Source: Eledone cirrhosa
Lineage: Eukaryota
Direction: 5' to 3'
Assembly (NCBI GenBank): GCA_964016885.1
Contig: OZ024743.1
Location: forward strand, 97,092,001-97,156,000
DNA length: 64,000 bases
Part shown: one piece after another, positions 13,832 through 27,598 of the stretch
How positions within the stretch are numbered: position 1 is the stretch's first letter
Layout of the letters: the number at the start of each line of letters is the position of its first letter
Made by a program: the position numbers and the translations under genes
Notes under the pieces: generated by a model
The model's input: only the letters and a program-made list of their open reading frames with translations
The model's database searches: none
What the model was told of the DNA's origin: nothing

Positions 13832-14475
13832 CTATAAAGTAAAGCATGTCCATAGAATCATTTGATAATATATATACATCATTTCTTTCTGACTTGACCA
13901 TTGCCACGTCACGGTTCTCAGCCATTTTGAATTCGTGTTTGGCGGGGGCCACTTCAGAAAATAATCTGTCCTAGCGAGTTTGTCCCCTGAAGAGTTCGAA
14001 ACACGAGATTTATCCTTAATAGGATATCTCAAAATGAGAACGAAACCCATGGGTCGGGATTTAGGGATTTAATCCTGGTATGTATATAAGCATTTCTAAC
14101 TTTAATTTTATACCTAATTGTGTATGGTTGACCGTATATTTAATTAATTTCCACGTGCTGTTGAAATGTTGGGTAAATATTCTATAGCGGTTGGCCGCGA
14201 AGACGCTGCTATCGTTTATTTATTTACTGTTTCTTCATAGGTGCCTTTTAATCTTATAGCCTGGTCTAATTGATTTTTTGTGTGGTTAATTATGCTAATT
14301 AGGAGAAGAAATGATGTATATATATATTATCAAATGATTCTATGGACATGCTTTACTTTATAGTATTTTGCTCTGATTATTTAATTTATTAATTCTTCAT
14401 TGAGCCACATCGTGAATGGTTGCCAAAACACATATATATATATCTGTGACTTTGTTTAATTGGTGTATATGTAAA

Positions 14476-14633
<158 letters not shown>

Positions 14634-14719
14634 TACATATATACATATATACATATACACACACATACACACATATATATACATACATATATATATATGC
14701 TGGGACAGCAAGCAGCAAA

Positions 14720-15662
14720 CAGCCACAGGAAACAAGTACCACCAATCTCTGGGAGGGCTCTGTAGAAACAGTAGACACCTTCTGCTACCTAGGTGACCGA
14801 ATTAGCAGCGGAGGTTGAATTTCAGAAAGTACAATAACTAGGGTAAGAACGGGATGGAAGAAGTTTAGGGAACTACTACCACTGCTAGCTGCAAAAGGCT
14901 TCTCCCTCAAAATGAAAGGCAGACTGTATGATGCGTGTATCCGAACAGCGATGTTGCATGGTAGTGAGACCTGGGCGCTGAAGGTGGAAGACTTACGTAG
15001 ATTAGAGAGAAAAGAAGCCTGCATGCTCCGATGGATGTGTAATAGTAATATACGCGAACGACAAAGCATAAATGAATTGAGAGAGAGACTGAGCATAAGA
15101 GGAATCAAATGCTGTGTGCAGGAGAGGCGGTTGCGTTGGTATGGACATGTGATGCGTATGAAGGAAGACAGCTGCATAAAAAGGTGCAGAGCACTAGAAG
15201 TCGATGGAAACCGCGGAGTGGGGAGACCCAAGATGACCTGGGATGAGGTGATAAAAACCGACCTTACCCAATTACACCTCTCAAAGGCGATGACACACGA
15301 CCGTGACCTCTGGCGTCACGCAGTAATACAGAGTACCCGACCTCCCATGGGTACAAGCTGAAGCATATAGACAATATGCCCCCACACCCCCACTGCAAGG
15401 TGGTCGTGGAGGTGCCACGGCAAAAAAGCACCCAGCCCACACTGTAAAGTGGACGTGTAGGCGCCACGAAAAAGCACCCAGCACTCACTGTAAATGAGGT
15501 TGGTGTTAGGAAGGGCATCCAGCTCTAGAAATCAAGCCAAATCAGTTCCTGTATGAGCAAGGCATGGTCAGCCAACCAGACACTGCCCACAACAGGACAA
15601 CCCGTCTAACCCATGCTAGCGTGGAAGAACGGTCGTAAAACGGTGATGATGATGATGATGAT
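14720..15662 (+). mobile_element. 3' fragment of an RTE-clade LINE with its 3' UTR and (GAT)n tail
   Basis: FCYLGD, KGRLYDACIRTAMLHGSETW, RRLRWYGHVMRM, GRPKMTW; ends in gatgatgat. Confidence 0.85.
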
Positions 15663-15698
15663 ATATATATATATACATACATACATACACACATAAAT

Positions 15699-15814
<116 letters not shown>

Positions 15815-15903
15815 AAACATACATACATATATATATATATATACATATACACATATACACACATATATATACATACATACATATACACATATATACACAT
15901 ACA

Positions 15904-15935
<32 letters not shown>

Positions 15936-16226
15936 CATATACATATATATATATATATATGGAAAGTTATATTTAAATTGTTGTGTTACAACTAGTAAAT
16001 ATTTATAACTGATATAAAAGCACTCGACAAATATTTGGAGTATATTTACAATATTTGCAAGATAAGTCAACATGAATGGATCTGTTATTTTTATCTAAAG
16101 ACATTTTTTCCAATTCCAAATCTATCTATCGTCCGAAACGGCATAGCATATTGTTAATATGTTATCCCTGAAATATATATAATGAAATAAATATGGTTTT
16201 ATAAATATAGTTTCCATTTATTTAAT

Positions 16227-16265
<39 letters not shown>

Positions 16266-16504
16266 TAGTAATAATAATAAATTTGAAGACTAAAATCCAA
16301 AGAGGGTTCGATAAGGATAAATATATATCAAATATATAAGAACCGTAGAGCAAATATTTATTAAAATAACAGATTAAAGTTTAAGGAAAGAATCGCTACA
16401 TTCACCCTTAACGGGATCTTCTGAAACTAACAAAGTCAATCTGTGAACGCAGAAGTGAATATTTCAAAAAACGTTGCAACCGGAGGAAGACAGGAAGACG
16501 ATAC

Positions 16505-16783
16505 TTTGGTTCGTGGAAACGTTCCCTGGCAAAGAACGGGAAAAAACGAATATAATACGTCATTATTTGGAGCGGTGAAAAACAATTACACACAAAGACA
16601 AAACCACGTTTATGGTATAAAAGAAGTCGTAGACTAATATTCTATTAGGTGGTTCATAGAGACGTTCTCTGGCAATGAACGAAAAAAACGAAGATAATAC
16701 GTCATATGTGGAACGTGGAGAACAATTGCACGCAAAGACAAAACCACGCAAATGGCATAACAGAAGTCGTAGACTAAAATTCT
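16505..16783. repeat. Diverged tandem duplication of about 140 bp
   Basis: gaagtcgtagacta at 16623 and 16763, with aligned upstream sequence. Confidence 0.75.
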
Positions 16784-17460
16784 AACTAGGAAACCAAATG
16801 ATTCTCGGCTTCAGAGTTAAGAATAAAGTAAATAAAATACAGAGGTAATTGAAATTAAATAAATACATACACGCATCCATATACGTACATACGCAAGCAT
16901 GCACGAAAAACTCGCCATAGGTATACAAATACACGCACATATAAATATGTGTGTGTGTGTGCACGTGTATACAAATAATTAAATAAACTTATATAAATGA
17001 ATACGTATATAACAAGCGCACACACATACCTACACGTAAATACACATGTTCGGATATGTACGTCAACCAAACACGAAGTACACATATACACACACCCTAC
17101 ATACGTACGAACCCGCATAATCACACAGACGCAAAACTCACGTATACACATAACCAAAAGCATATGTACCAGAATATATAAAATATACGCCATAACATAT
17201 ACAATCAAATGTACGCCCGCGAAAGTATACGTACCTTCACAAAATATACAGGTAATATATACTTACCTATACAAATAAGTAATGGTCTAAACATAACATA
17301 TACTTAGCTACCACATCAAGACGTAAAATATCCGCGTATAAATCGTACTATCCGTTACGGATAGTACGATCTATACGGGAAAGTTTTGTGCAATTTATGT
17401 TTACAAGCCGAAATTGCCTCAGATTTTTTGTTTAAGATGTGGTCTGTGGCGTAGAGTATT

Positions 17461-17568
17461 CCCACATCTTTGGTTATCCAGACCACTGTGATGGGTGATG
17501 TGTTGATGTAATGGTAGCACAGTGGTCTGGTTAACCAAAGATGTGGGTTCGACTCCCATGTACGTCAC
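17461..17568 (+). other. tRNA-like head (A box tgtaatggtagc, B box ggttcgactccc) preceded by an inverted copy of its own middle
   Basis: 17461-17490 is the reverse complement (1 mismatch) of 17518-17547. Confidence 0.5.
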
Positions 17569-17656
17569 TACTCATCTTTTTCCATTTATCTGAGGGTTCT
17601 AAACCCCATTATCAGGCTAAAATTTTATTTAGTTAAAAATACGGTGAAAGCTATTC

Positions 17657-17707
<51 letters not shown>

Positions 17708-17710
<3 letters not shown>

Positions 17711-18280
17711 TGGCTGCCAACTCGTTTTCGAGTACGGCCACTACTTTATATCCATGTAGGAGAACCCTTATCAATGCGCTGAACGAGTGTGACTTTTTAG
17801 TCCAGCCAGCGACTTGAAAACTCTGGTACAAACACTACCCTTGTGACAATTATTGACACATAGTGCTGGGCCCATGATCTCCAGATATAAAGCAATGCCT
17901 GTGCCGTGAAGCTTTTATAGTGAGCAAAGGCACTGCACAAAGCCAGTCCTACTCTCTTAACCAAGATGATATTTACCAAAAAGAAGAACAAGTCAACATC
18001 ATTGGATACCATCAGGGTTGCAGGTATTATATCAGAGTTTTCCTTCTCCTAGAATTCTGCCTTGACAAAGACTAAGGGGTCATCTCTCCCGGTGATTTTG
18101 GATGGCCATTTGACAGGTTTTGCCCTTTGCCCTTTGACAGGTTTTGTTTTTAGTCCTGTAGGATGTCCAAAGTCACCCTCCTCACCAAGAAACCTTGGTG
18201 GGGTTGCCAGTTTAGTCGCCAACGACCCGACCATGAGACAGGTTGTACTGGGATACATGTTACCAGTAGCACCAACTGGT
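17708..18280 (-). mobile_element. Short or internally deleted RTE-related element sharing its 3' end with 61030-61126
   Basis: Tail ggccgtactcgaaaacgagttggcagccaccat is identical to 61094-61126; adjoins (TATG)n. Confidence 0.7.
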
Positions 18281-18289
18281 ATACATAAA

Positions 18290-18325
<36 letters not shown>

Positions 18326-18417
18326 TATATGTAAAAGTTCTATTTAAATTGTTGGGATACAACAAGTAAATATTTTTATAACTGATATAAAGCACTCAAC
18401 AAATATTTGGAGTAAAA

Positions 18418-18784
18418 ATACGATATTAACAAATGGAAACTATATTTATAAAACCATATTTATTTCATTATACATATTTCAAGGAAACCAAGTTAAATTA
18501 TGGTGTGCTTTCATCAGATAAAATATAATATAGATCAGTTTTATAAATAAATATTGACATAACCTTAAAAAATGCAACCATTACTGTTGGAAGCTCCCGG
18601 ACTATCTGGGAGCTTCCAACAGTAATGGTTACATTTTTTAAGGTTATGTCAATATTTATTTAAAAAACTGATCTATATTATATTTTATCTGATGAAAGCA
18701 CACCATAATTTAACTTGGTTTCCTTGAAATATGTATAATGAAATAAATATGGTTTTATAAATATAGTTTCCATTTGTTAATATC

Positions 18785-18788
<4 letters not shown>
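18418..18788. repeat. Fold-back palindrome, about 180-bp arms, each carrying an HHR motif
   Basis: Centre ...ggaagctccc ggactatct gggagcttcc...; near-perfect arms; the right end abuts (TA)n. Confidence 0.95.
18681..18745 (+). ncRNA. Type I hammerhead motif (mirror copy at 18461-18525, minus strand)
   Basis: UAUUUUAU CUGAUGA AAG...CUU GAAA UAUGUA UA/ AUGAAAUA: 8-bp stem I with one G-U pair. Confidence 0.65.
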
Positions 18789-18834
<46 letters not shown>

Positions 18835-19809
18835 TAAAATAACAGATTAAAGTTTAAGCAAAGAATCGCTGCTTTCACCCTTAATGGGATCTTCTGAAAC
18901 TAAATATATATATATTAACTAGACTGTGTACAATTATAGTATTATGCTGCAGGATTAAGGACGTTTATAGCCTACAGCAGACCCCAAAATGCCGCTCCCA
19001 TCAAATGTGTCACCCGGGCTGGACCGCCCCCTTCACCCTTCTCTAGCTACACTACTGACCGAACACCATAACCATTGAACCACATATTATAATTGGATGG
19101 AGTATTAAACATTCCTGTACCATATTTCTCATAAAAGACACTGCTTATGATTTTCAAATAATCAAGAATTAGAAGGATTTAGTATTACAGCTAACCTTTG
19201 TATTAATTATTTGGTTTTTGGAACATACATTAACTTAAATAAAGATACGAGGAAAGGGTTTTAGATCAACAGACAGTTTTCTATCGTAGAAGCAGGGGTT
19301 GTTTCAGAGAGTTTGGTATCAAAAGGGTTAAACAATCATCTTATTTATTCTGTGTTCAAATATGGTGTAAACATTTTCGTCGAGCAGGATGCAATATTTA
19401 AGCTGTCGTGTTCCAAATAGCTGTCATATATGTCAGACTGCTGCACTAACTATAACTATATTTCTCATCGGCTTTATGCCATGAAGCAGAAGCTAAACTC
19501 TGGTCTTTATTAGTCCCTTGAGACCTTGGGGATTGGAGAACAATATTGGAATGGACTGGACCTCCGTCGTGTTCCCAGACGACTGTTCCAGGTGTTTGAT
19601 CAACAGATCAACTTGCATCTAAAATTAACGTGTAAGTCGCTGAGCATTCCACAAACACGCGCGCAATTGACGTAATTCGCAGGAAGATTCAGCATGACAC
19701 AAAAATGTGACAAAGCTGGTTCTTTGAATTACAGGTAAGTCCATCCAACAAGCTTCCAAACTGTTTCCGTCTACATACAATCACTCCCAAGACCTAACCT
19801 GAAGTTATC

Positions 19810-20340
19810 GGAAATGACACTTGACCAAGATGAGACTGCAGAATGAGAAGAACATTGTACCATCCTTTTAATCAGCCACGCCAGAAAGATACCTCTATGA
19901 GTTCTGCTGCAAAGAATACACAAGATCGCCGAGGAACAGTTCCCCGAGGTGCAGACGGGTTTTCGAAAGAAAGTTTGAACAAGAAACCAGATCTTGAAGA
20001 TCAGGATCGTTATAGAATAAATATATTTAAAATATTTTTCTTTGATAGTGAGGCTACCCATATGTTATACAGTGGGCAACGTGCAGTGGTTAAAATAGAG
20101 GCCCACCTGGCAGAGTAGTTTACCAGTCGGCAAAATGTACGACATGACTGGCTTATGTTGGCCATGTACTTCAACTTCTACATTCTGAGAGCAACATCAC
20201 TAGAAACAATCCACAGGCTGTTTGTTGGGGTGGAAAATAGCCTCTGATGAGTATCAACTGGAGATCAACACCAAGAAGACAGGATTCTTGGCGGGGACTA
20301 GGGAACCAGTGAAACTGATTATTCAATGTCGTGGAGTTGC
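19810..20340 (+). mobile_element. Highly decayed RTE (BovB-like) RT fragments
   Basis: ILLISHARKIPL*VLLQRIHKIAEEQFPEVQTGFRK and LEINTKKT. Confidence 0.6.
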
Positions 20341-21434
20341 CTGTATATATGTGTGTGTGTGTGTGACAGCTCACACCTATGCAGGTTTAGCTGGCATCCT
20401 CCAAGGTATATCTCGTTGGAGATGATTTGGGTAATTTAATGATAGGGACCCCAGTCCTATCATCTCATTTCTACAGCTGAGTAAACTGGAGCAACGTGAA
20501 ATAAAGTGTCTTGCTCAAGGAAACAACACATCACCCGGTCCGAGAATTGAACACACTTTCGATTACAAGCCCAATGCTCTAACCACTAAGCCATGCGCCT
20601 TCATATACATATATATAAAATTACAAACAGCACAAACCCACCATTGAAAGAATGTTGCGCTCTTTCGCTCGAGTCTGTTAATCTGAAATACAAAACCCCA
20701 TGTGGTTCTGTATCAATATCCATGTGGTTCTGTATCAATATCCATGTGGACAGAATTGTAAAAGTATTATCCATACTATCATTCGCCCCCCCCCCCCTCC
20801 CGAAAAAACAAATTTTAAAACCAGTTGCCCACAATATCCAAACTCCCGATTAAACTGCTTTTAGTGATATTTGAATTAGAAGTCAAATATTATCTTCATT
20901 CTTAGTTTTTAGTTCAATGTTTTCTCAACCGAGAAACATCTCATGTAAAGACTTATTGGTTTGTAACCATTCCATTCCAATGATGATATAAATTCATTGT
21001 TCTCCAAATATTTATCAAGGTCTTTCTTGAATTACACTAGGGAAGGAAATTTTGTTGTATTGGTATTGCATTGTTCTTGCCTAATTTGGGTGTGCTGAAT
21101 TCAAATCTGAAGTCAGATTTTTTTTCTATAAGTTACAAACTTTTGTCATTCAAAGTTGTCATTGTTTACGAAATTTAACACCTTTTGTATAAATCTATGT
21201 TCTGTCTAAAGAATTCATTTTCATAATATCTTAAATTTGGGCTCGAAACAATCATTTAGGCAAAAACATTATTTACACTCAACAACATCTATATTCATCA
21301 CAATACGCACTAAAATGTGTTCATATTCTGGCAAGAATTTTCGTTTGTAGCTATTGCAATCTTCGAAACAATATGCGTATATACAATATGCGTATATACA
21401 ATATGCGTATATACTTACACTTCAACATAATTTA

Positions 21435-21710
21435 GTGGAGGCACGTGGCCTAGTGGTAAGTGTGTTGGACTTACGATCATAATGTCGTGGGTTCGGTTCC
21501 TGGGCTGCGTGTTGTGTTCTTGAGCAAAACACATCATTTCACGTTGCTCCAGTATACTCAGCTGAAAATGAGTACCAGCGATAGCTGGAGGTTTAACCCT
21601 GCGATGGACTGGCGTCCTGTCCAGGAGGGAGTCCTGTAGTCTCAATCGCTTCACGCCATGAAACCGGGATAAGCACCGGCCAAATGAGCCTTCAGACTTT
21701 AGACTTAGAC
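21435..21710 (+). mobile_element. tRNA-derived SINE family B
   Basis: A box tggcctagtgg, B box ggttcggttcc, body ttgtgttcttgagcaaaacac, (ttagac)n tail; second copy at 27599-27888; partial copy at about 20465-20600 (-). Confidence 0.85.
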
Positions 21711-21752
21711 AACATAATTTTCACTACTGATGAATTGCTTTTTGAAGCCATA

Positions 21753-22133
21753 TACCCTATCTACCTTGTACCCTATCTACCTTGTACCCTATCTACCTTC
21801 TACCCTATCTACCTTCTACCTTATCTACCTTCTACCCTATCTACCTTATCTACCTTCTACCCTATCTACCTTCTACCCTATCTACATTCTACCCTATCTA
21901 CCTTCTACCTTATCTACCTTCTACCCTATCTACCTTCTACCCTATCTACCTTCTACCTTATCTACCTTCTACCCTATCTACCTTCTACCCTATCTACCTT
22001 CTACCTTATCTACCTTCTACCTTCTACCCTATCTACCTTATCTACCTTCTACCCTATCTACCTTCTACCCTATCTACCTTCTACCTTATCTACCTTCTAC
22101 CTTATCTACCTTCTACCCTATCTACCTTCTACC
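21753..22133. repeat. Minisatellite of about 16 bp (TACCCTATCTACCTTC)
   Basis: Direct reading; source of the spurious ORFs at 21684-22275. Confidence 0.95.
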
Positions 22134-22208
22134 CACATTTCTCAAAGTATTGAAGTATTTAAGACTATTCAAAAGAATTTGTAATATAATCGGCTTGTCT
22201 CCCCACAG

Positions 22209-22275
22209 CCCCGGCGGACAGAATGGAGAAGGCGTTTCCCCGGAGGACGGCAAGGGAGACGCGCTGGAATTATAG
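22209..22275 (+). CDS. Candidate terminal coding exon of an unidentified host gene (..PGGQNGEGVSPEDGKGDALEL*)
   Basis: GC-rich island in AT-rich DNA, preceded by the acceptor-like cttgtctccccacag; open to TAG; no partner exons found. Confidence 0.3.
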
Positions 22276-23339
22276 ACTTTATTAAGGTCATCTCTTTGGA
22301 TACACCAGCAGTAGACAACCATCATATGTTTTTTTCAATGACTTTGATAATACTCTTCCATCCTAATGAGGTGTTGATGAAAGTGCTCACCCTGTTCATC
22401 ACTTACAGCTCCAAGGTTCTCGGGGAAATAGTGAAGGTCATACAAATATGAACGGTGAACATTGCGGTGGTATAGAGCGACAGATTAATGAGTAACTTTC
22501 ATTTTGGTTATTATAGCGGAACTATGTTTTCTATTCTACATTGTAGAATGTTGTTTTTGTTGATGTTTGGCCAGCAGGTCATCTGTAATGGAGCGGTTAC
22601 ATTATTAAATGTGCGCTAGTTAAAATTACCTCGTCTTTCTAAACAGACACGATGCATGCAATCCTTCATCCAGTTAATGTGGTTATCCGATCTTCTAGAA
22701 ATAGTAATAAAATCTACCCGTATCGCAACATACTGTCCAAGAAGGACATACAGTGATCGAATTCTAAGCGCACAACTGTTTACAGAATGTCTCCTACTCT
22801 CAGTAAGTTTGATATGAAGGATATTTAGCTGCTATCTTTAGCAACCACGGAAATTTTGAATGTTCGTAGTTACAAAACCACATTGACTATATAGTGGCAA
22901 TCTGTTCCCAGCAAATCGCTTAATATTATAAGTTTACAATCATGTTTTGTTGTTTTTATGAAATATACCTTTCTCGTTTGTCTGGCAAGATTTACTTAAT
23001 CGAAACATTGTTTAATGTACGATAAAATAGCGTCCCATTTCAGAATGCTTTTAAATATTGATTTCTAATATCAAACAAGTATTGATTTTAATAATTAAAT
23101 GCTTTTAAATATTTAAAAAACATTGCAAAGCTAACTGGTTAATCGAGTGAAATTTCACAGAGGCGAGTGATGATACAATACCTGCCTTTCAGTGATGTAA
23201 CATGTCTGAGGTGTAATTATACTTGCATTATATTGTATAGAATCATGTTCGTGTTTCAATCATGCAACTTTACTGTTATAGAGGTTTATAGTCTTCATTG
23301 TTCTTAGATATTGCTATTAGTGTTATACTACTAATATAT

Positions 23340-23620
23340 GTCGACAACCGGGCGACTTCATCCCCGAAGCCATTGATCCATCTCCACCGTTGGGATGGAG
23401 GAAACGTCGTGGAGGCCAACTGAAAACGTGGCTTAGGACAGTGAGGCAAGACGCTGAGTTGATCTTAGGCCCACGCCTGTGTGGGGTTCGGCGATGGAAC
23501 CGCGAATGGCTGACACTCATATCTTCGATAGCGTCGGACCGTCGTGCTTGGTCGGCCTTCATACGGTGAATTCGTTGGACGGAGCCGGCTCAACCGACCC
23601 AGGGTAAATGCCGCCACACA
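23340..23620 (+). mobile_element. 3' end of an RTE-clade (SR2-like) LINE
   Basis: PPLGWRKRRGGQLKTWLRTVRQD...WNREWLTLISSIASDRRAWSAFIR*. Confidence 0.7.
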
Positions 23621-23733
23621 CGCATATGTGGCTGAGTGGTAAAACGTTTGCTTAGCAATATTCTGTGTTCGACCATCCTGCATGGTAACTTGGACAAGTG
23701 TCATTTCCCTTAGGTTAACGCAAACCTTGTTAG

Positions 23734-23901
23734 CAGTGCCGGATTTTCCACTGTGATTAGATATGCTTAAGCACAGGGCCCCGTTGGTCAGGGAAAAGTA
23801 TCATATTCCTGCCCCAAAAAGTTATTACGAGGAAATTTCAAAAGTAAGGGGCCTCATAACTTAACCGGCACAGGGCTTCATTTGTCCTAAATCCGGCACT
23901 A
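23734..23901. mobile_element. hAT-like MITE inserted into an older SINE
   Basis: 12-bp TIR agtgccggattt/aaatccggcact; degraded 8-bp TSD cttgttag/gttgtgag. Confidence 0.7.
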
Positions 23902-25023
23902 GTTGTGAGTGAAATTGGCTAAACAGAAACTGGCCGAAAGCTCGTTGGATGGAATGTACATGTAATTCAAAGTCTTGTCACATGATTCTAGCTTTTTCAC
24001 ATATTATGTCATGCTGATTCTACCTGAGGATCACATGTCTGAGGATACAGTTGTCTGTGGAACACTGAACCTACTGTACGCTAATTTCTCGAGTTTCATG
24101 TCATATAACAATCACTCATATCACTTACTGTTGATGGGGTGTTTAACCTTGATGTATTAAGTTGTTCTCAGATCTGTTGATTGTGTTATACTGCCAATAC
24201 ACAAGTGTTATAATAATGCATTAGACTGTTGCTAGCATCACAATGGTCAGTTACGGCATTTTTCGATCTGAGTTCAAATCCTGCCGAGGTTAACTTTGCC
24301 TTTCATTCTCACTCAGTCGACAAAAATAAAGTATCAGTCATATGCTAAGGTCAATTTAATTGACTTTCCCCTACCCCCAAATTGTTGACCTTGTGTTTAT
24401 ATCAGAAACCAATGTTCAGAGTAATAGTATTCTGCTGGTGGGTATGATATAAGTAGCCGATAAAATTGAGTTTTTAGAGTTATTAAATAAGGTTTCACAA
24501 GCCTTTTAGACATCAACACCTACATGGAATCTTTGACTCACACATAGACCCCAGCTATGTACAAAAATAGATAAATCAGAATATGCAAGTATGAGGACCA
24601 GGTCTCCGTTTTGGAGATATATTCCTTCTGTCCTCCCCAACTAGTTTCAGGAGCCATGGAAAGAGTTCATGAACATTGTCCATTCCTCCCTGAATAAATA
24701 GTAGAAACAACACTTGAAGATTGTTTAGATTATTTTAAAGATTTCTTGCTACTTATTTTAAGTCGGTACTTTTCATTGTCTATTTGTATTCCTGATTCTA
24801 TCTTTCCTATTTCTCCACATATTTACCTCTACAATTTGTTTGTGTTATTTTTACCGTGTTATTTTCACCTGTGTCATTAGTAATCAGGGATCACTATATG
24901 TTGTAGGAAATGTTCCTTTTGCTGGCATATTTGACCCCCCCCCTATCCACCCCTTGTTTGTACAAAAATACATAAGTAAATCAATCCAACAGAAAAAACA
25001 ATTTAAAACAAATATTTAATAAT

Positions 25024-25073
<50 letters not shown>

Positions 25074-25088
25074 GTATGTATGTATGTA

Positions 25089-25137
<49 letters not shown>

Positions 25138-27598
25138 TTAAAGACATTCCAACCAGAGCCATCTCGTCTTCTTCGTCATTTGTCGGATTACATTATCTAA
25201 AGAGTTCTGCCTTTATAAGAAATGGTTGTGTATGGTTTGAATGAGATTTAGCTGCTATTTCTAGCTCGAAGAAAAAGTACCAGTCAAGTACTGCGTACAG
25301 ATTAAATAAATTATTCCCATTAAATTCAAATGTGTGGCGTTATATCTAAATCAGTAATAGGACTGTGAGAGTCAGAAAGGTAGAACAATAAATTAACTTG
25401 CAGTATCAAATAAGACCTCTTTATCTTCTGAGTTCATATTCCACCGAAGCCTACTTTGCCTCTTAACATTTCAAGGTCGATAAAATAGAATGGTAGTCAC
25501 GTAGTAGTGGAGAGGGAGTGATTTAATCGACCATGCCCTCACAATATTTGTGTTTTCCGTAATCAGTAGAAATCCAATGGCGGGTGATTAGCCCCTACCA
25601 TCTTCACCCGAGACCCAGGTTTCCACCAACTGCACCACGTTGAGATGAGGGTTGGTCTTTGGAATATTTGTGACTTTGTGTTCCTATAAAAAATTATGAT
25701 TATACACTTCCAGAGAAGAAATTCATTTAGTTTTTGAGGTGCCGAGTGTTTAAATACCACTTTCAAAAAAAAAAAAAAGTCAAATTGGTGGATTGGCAGA
25801 ATCGTTAGCTGGTTGGACATAATGACTTACAGTTTTTGTTCCGACTCTTTATGTTCTGATTTCAAATCCCACTGAGGTGAACTTTGCCTTTCATTCTTCT
25901 GGGTTGAATAAAATAAAGTACTAACAAAATATTGAGGTCCATATAACCGACTGTTCCCTTACCTAAAATTAACACACGTTAACCTCATGGTTAACTTAGA
26001 AACCAAATGTGGCTGCAACCTCAGTTATCTCTGAGGATATGAAGACTGCAGTATCTGGGTTTGATAGGTGATAACCCCGAACTCTCGCGGTATTTCTTCA
26101 AATAATAGATGGCCCTACATATACCACCTGTGATATCAACTGCATCTGTAGTAGCAGGAGAAATTATAACAGCAGCACAGAAATAATAGCAATTAAAGAA
26201 ACAACTGCAACAGTAATAAAAAGAGCACACTAAAGTTACTAATATTAGTTTTGATTATAGAAGCCACAAGACTGTGTTTGCACAAATGCTGTCAGATGCA
26301 CAGATGCACAAATGCAGTTGCTGCGGTAGCATAAGCAGTGGGAGTAGCAACGACAAAAGCAACAGAAGCAACAACTGCAGTCAGAGAAACTGCGACAACT
26401 GCAGTGACGTGTGCTAATGAGGGAGAATCTAGGTGGTCACTGAGTTTGCTAGAAATACCAAGTAAATCACTCTCAAATCTCAACTTAATATCTTTAAGAA
26501 AAGGAAGGATATTTTATAAACTATCAAGAGATATACCATGTCTGATAAAAACGAGATAGTCATGGATGGAGTGCCTTTGACCATAGTCTGTTTATCAGGG
26601 TATACTTTGGAGTAGTGAAGCAACAGCAGCTATATTAGTGACAGCTGTTCGATGACCGTTAAAGCAATCCAACTAAGGAAAATACTTAACATAAGCAAAC
26701 ATGAAGGAGTCAACCCTAACTTTAAGAATGGGTATCCAGAAAGATGGGTACTAAGTTTCTGGAGAAAAGAAAGGTGGTGAGACGTTCTTTGTAATTTTTT
26801 CTTGAAAATAATTGGTAGATTTTGTTCTTCCCTAAAAAGACGAAATAACTTAGTGTTTTGCAGGCACCCGAATTTCGAAAGATGGATGTCTGGTGTAAGT
26901 CAAAAGGAGAAACGAGGAGACTTCGATTCTGAGGTCGAAAAATATATCGATGTATTTTGCTAGTATGGGAGAAAGGCTGTATTCATCAAAATAAATGACG
27001 ACTATCCAAATGTTGGCTCATACTGTACGATTAGTTGCCGGAGACAACAAGTTGGATGTCAAATTCGAAAATGTAGATATAAATGATTTTAGAATTTCAA
27101 GTGTTGACGGCACTCGACAACTAACGTCCTCTCTGACATATAGAGGGCGCTGTCTGCAGGCATATACACCATAATTGTTATGGTGTCGTATAATAAGTCG
27201 ATCAAATAAAGTGTTATTAAGTGTAGAAATTAACCAAAAATATAAAGTCGATAGAATTCCAACTAAGTCCTTGGAAGTCCTTACCGATTAACATGTCTTG
27301 CTGAAGGTGTTCGTTAATCTGGGCTTTGTCATGTTCAGATAAATGTTAGGACTGGGCCACGTTGGGAGAAGACATTTTCAATGGGAAATAATCCGAGACG
27401 ATCCTTGAAAGGTCGGGAGATAATGAATGTCTGCATTGCTTCGTTGGTGTACCTAGCATAAACATTAACGTCCATTTGTCACCACCACCTTTTTAGTGAG
27501 TCTCGTGTGTTATAGCTGATGATGCACAAACTTACATTGAAAGTGAGATACCCCCGGAGATTTCTAGAGGGGGTCAAATTTGATCGTCGTTTATCGAA

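Noticed and set aside
21435-21510. tRNA gene
   Set aside because: The A/B boxes continue into a repeated SINE body and there is no complete cloverleaf
26853-26900. Possible 31-nt micro-exon (ttttgcag...gtaagt)
   Set aside because: Splice-like signals alone are expected by chance in 64 kb
27138-27153. CTCF-like motif tagagggcgctg
   Set aside because: Single partial motif with no supporting evidence
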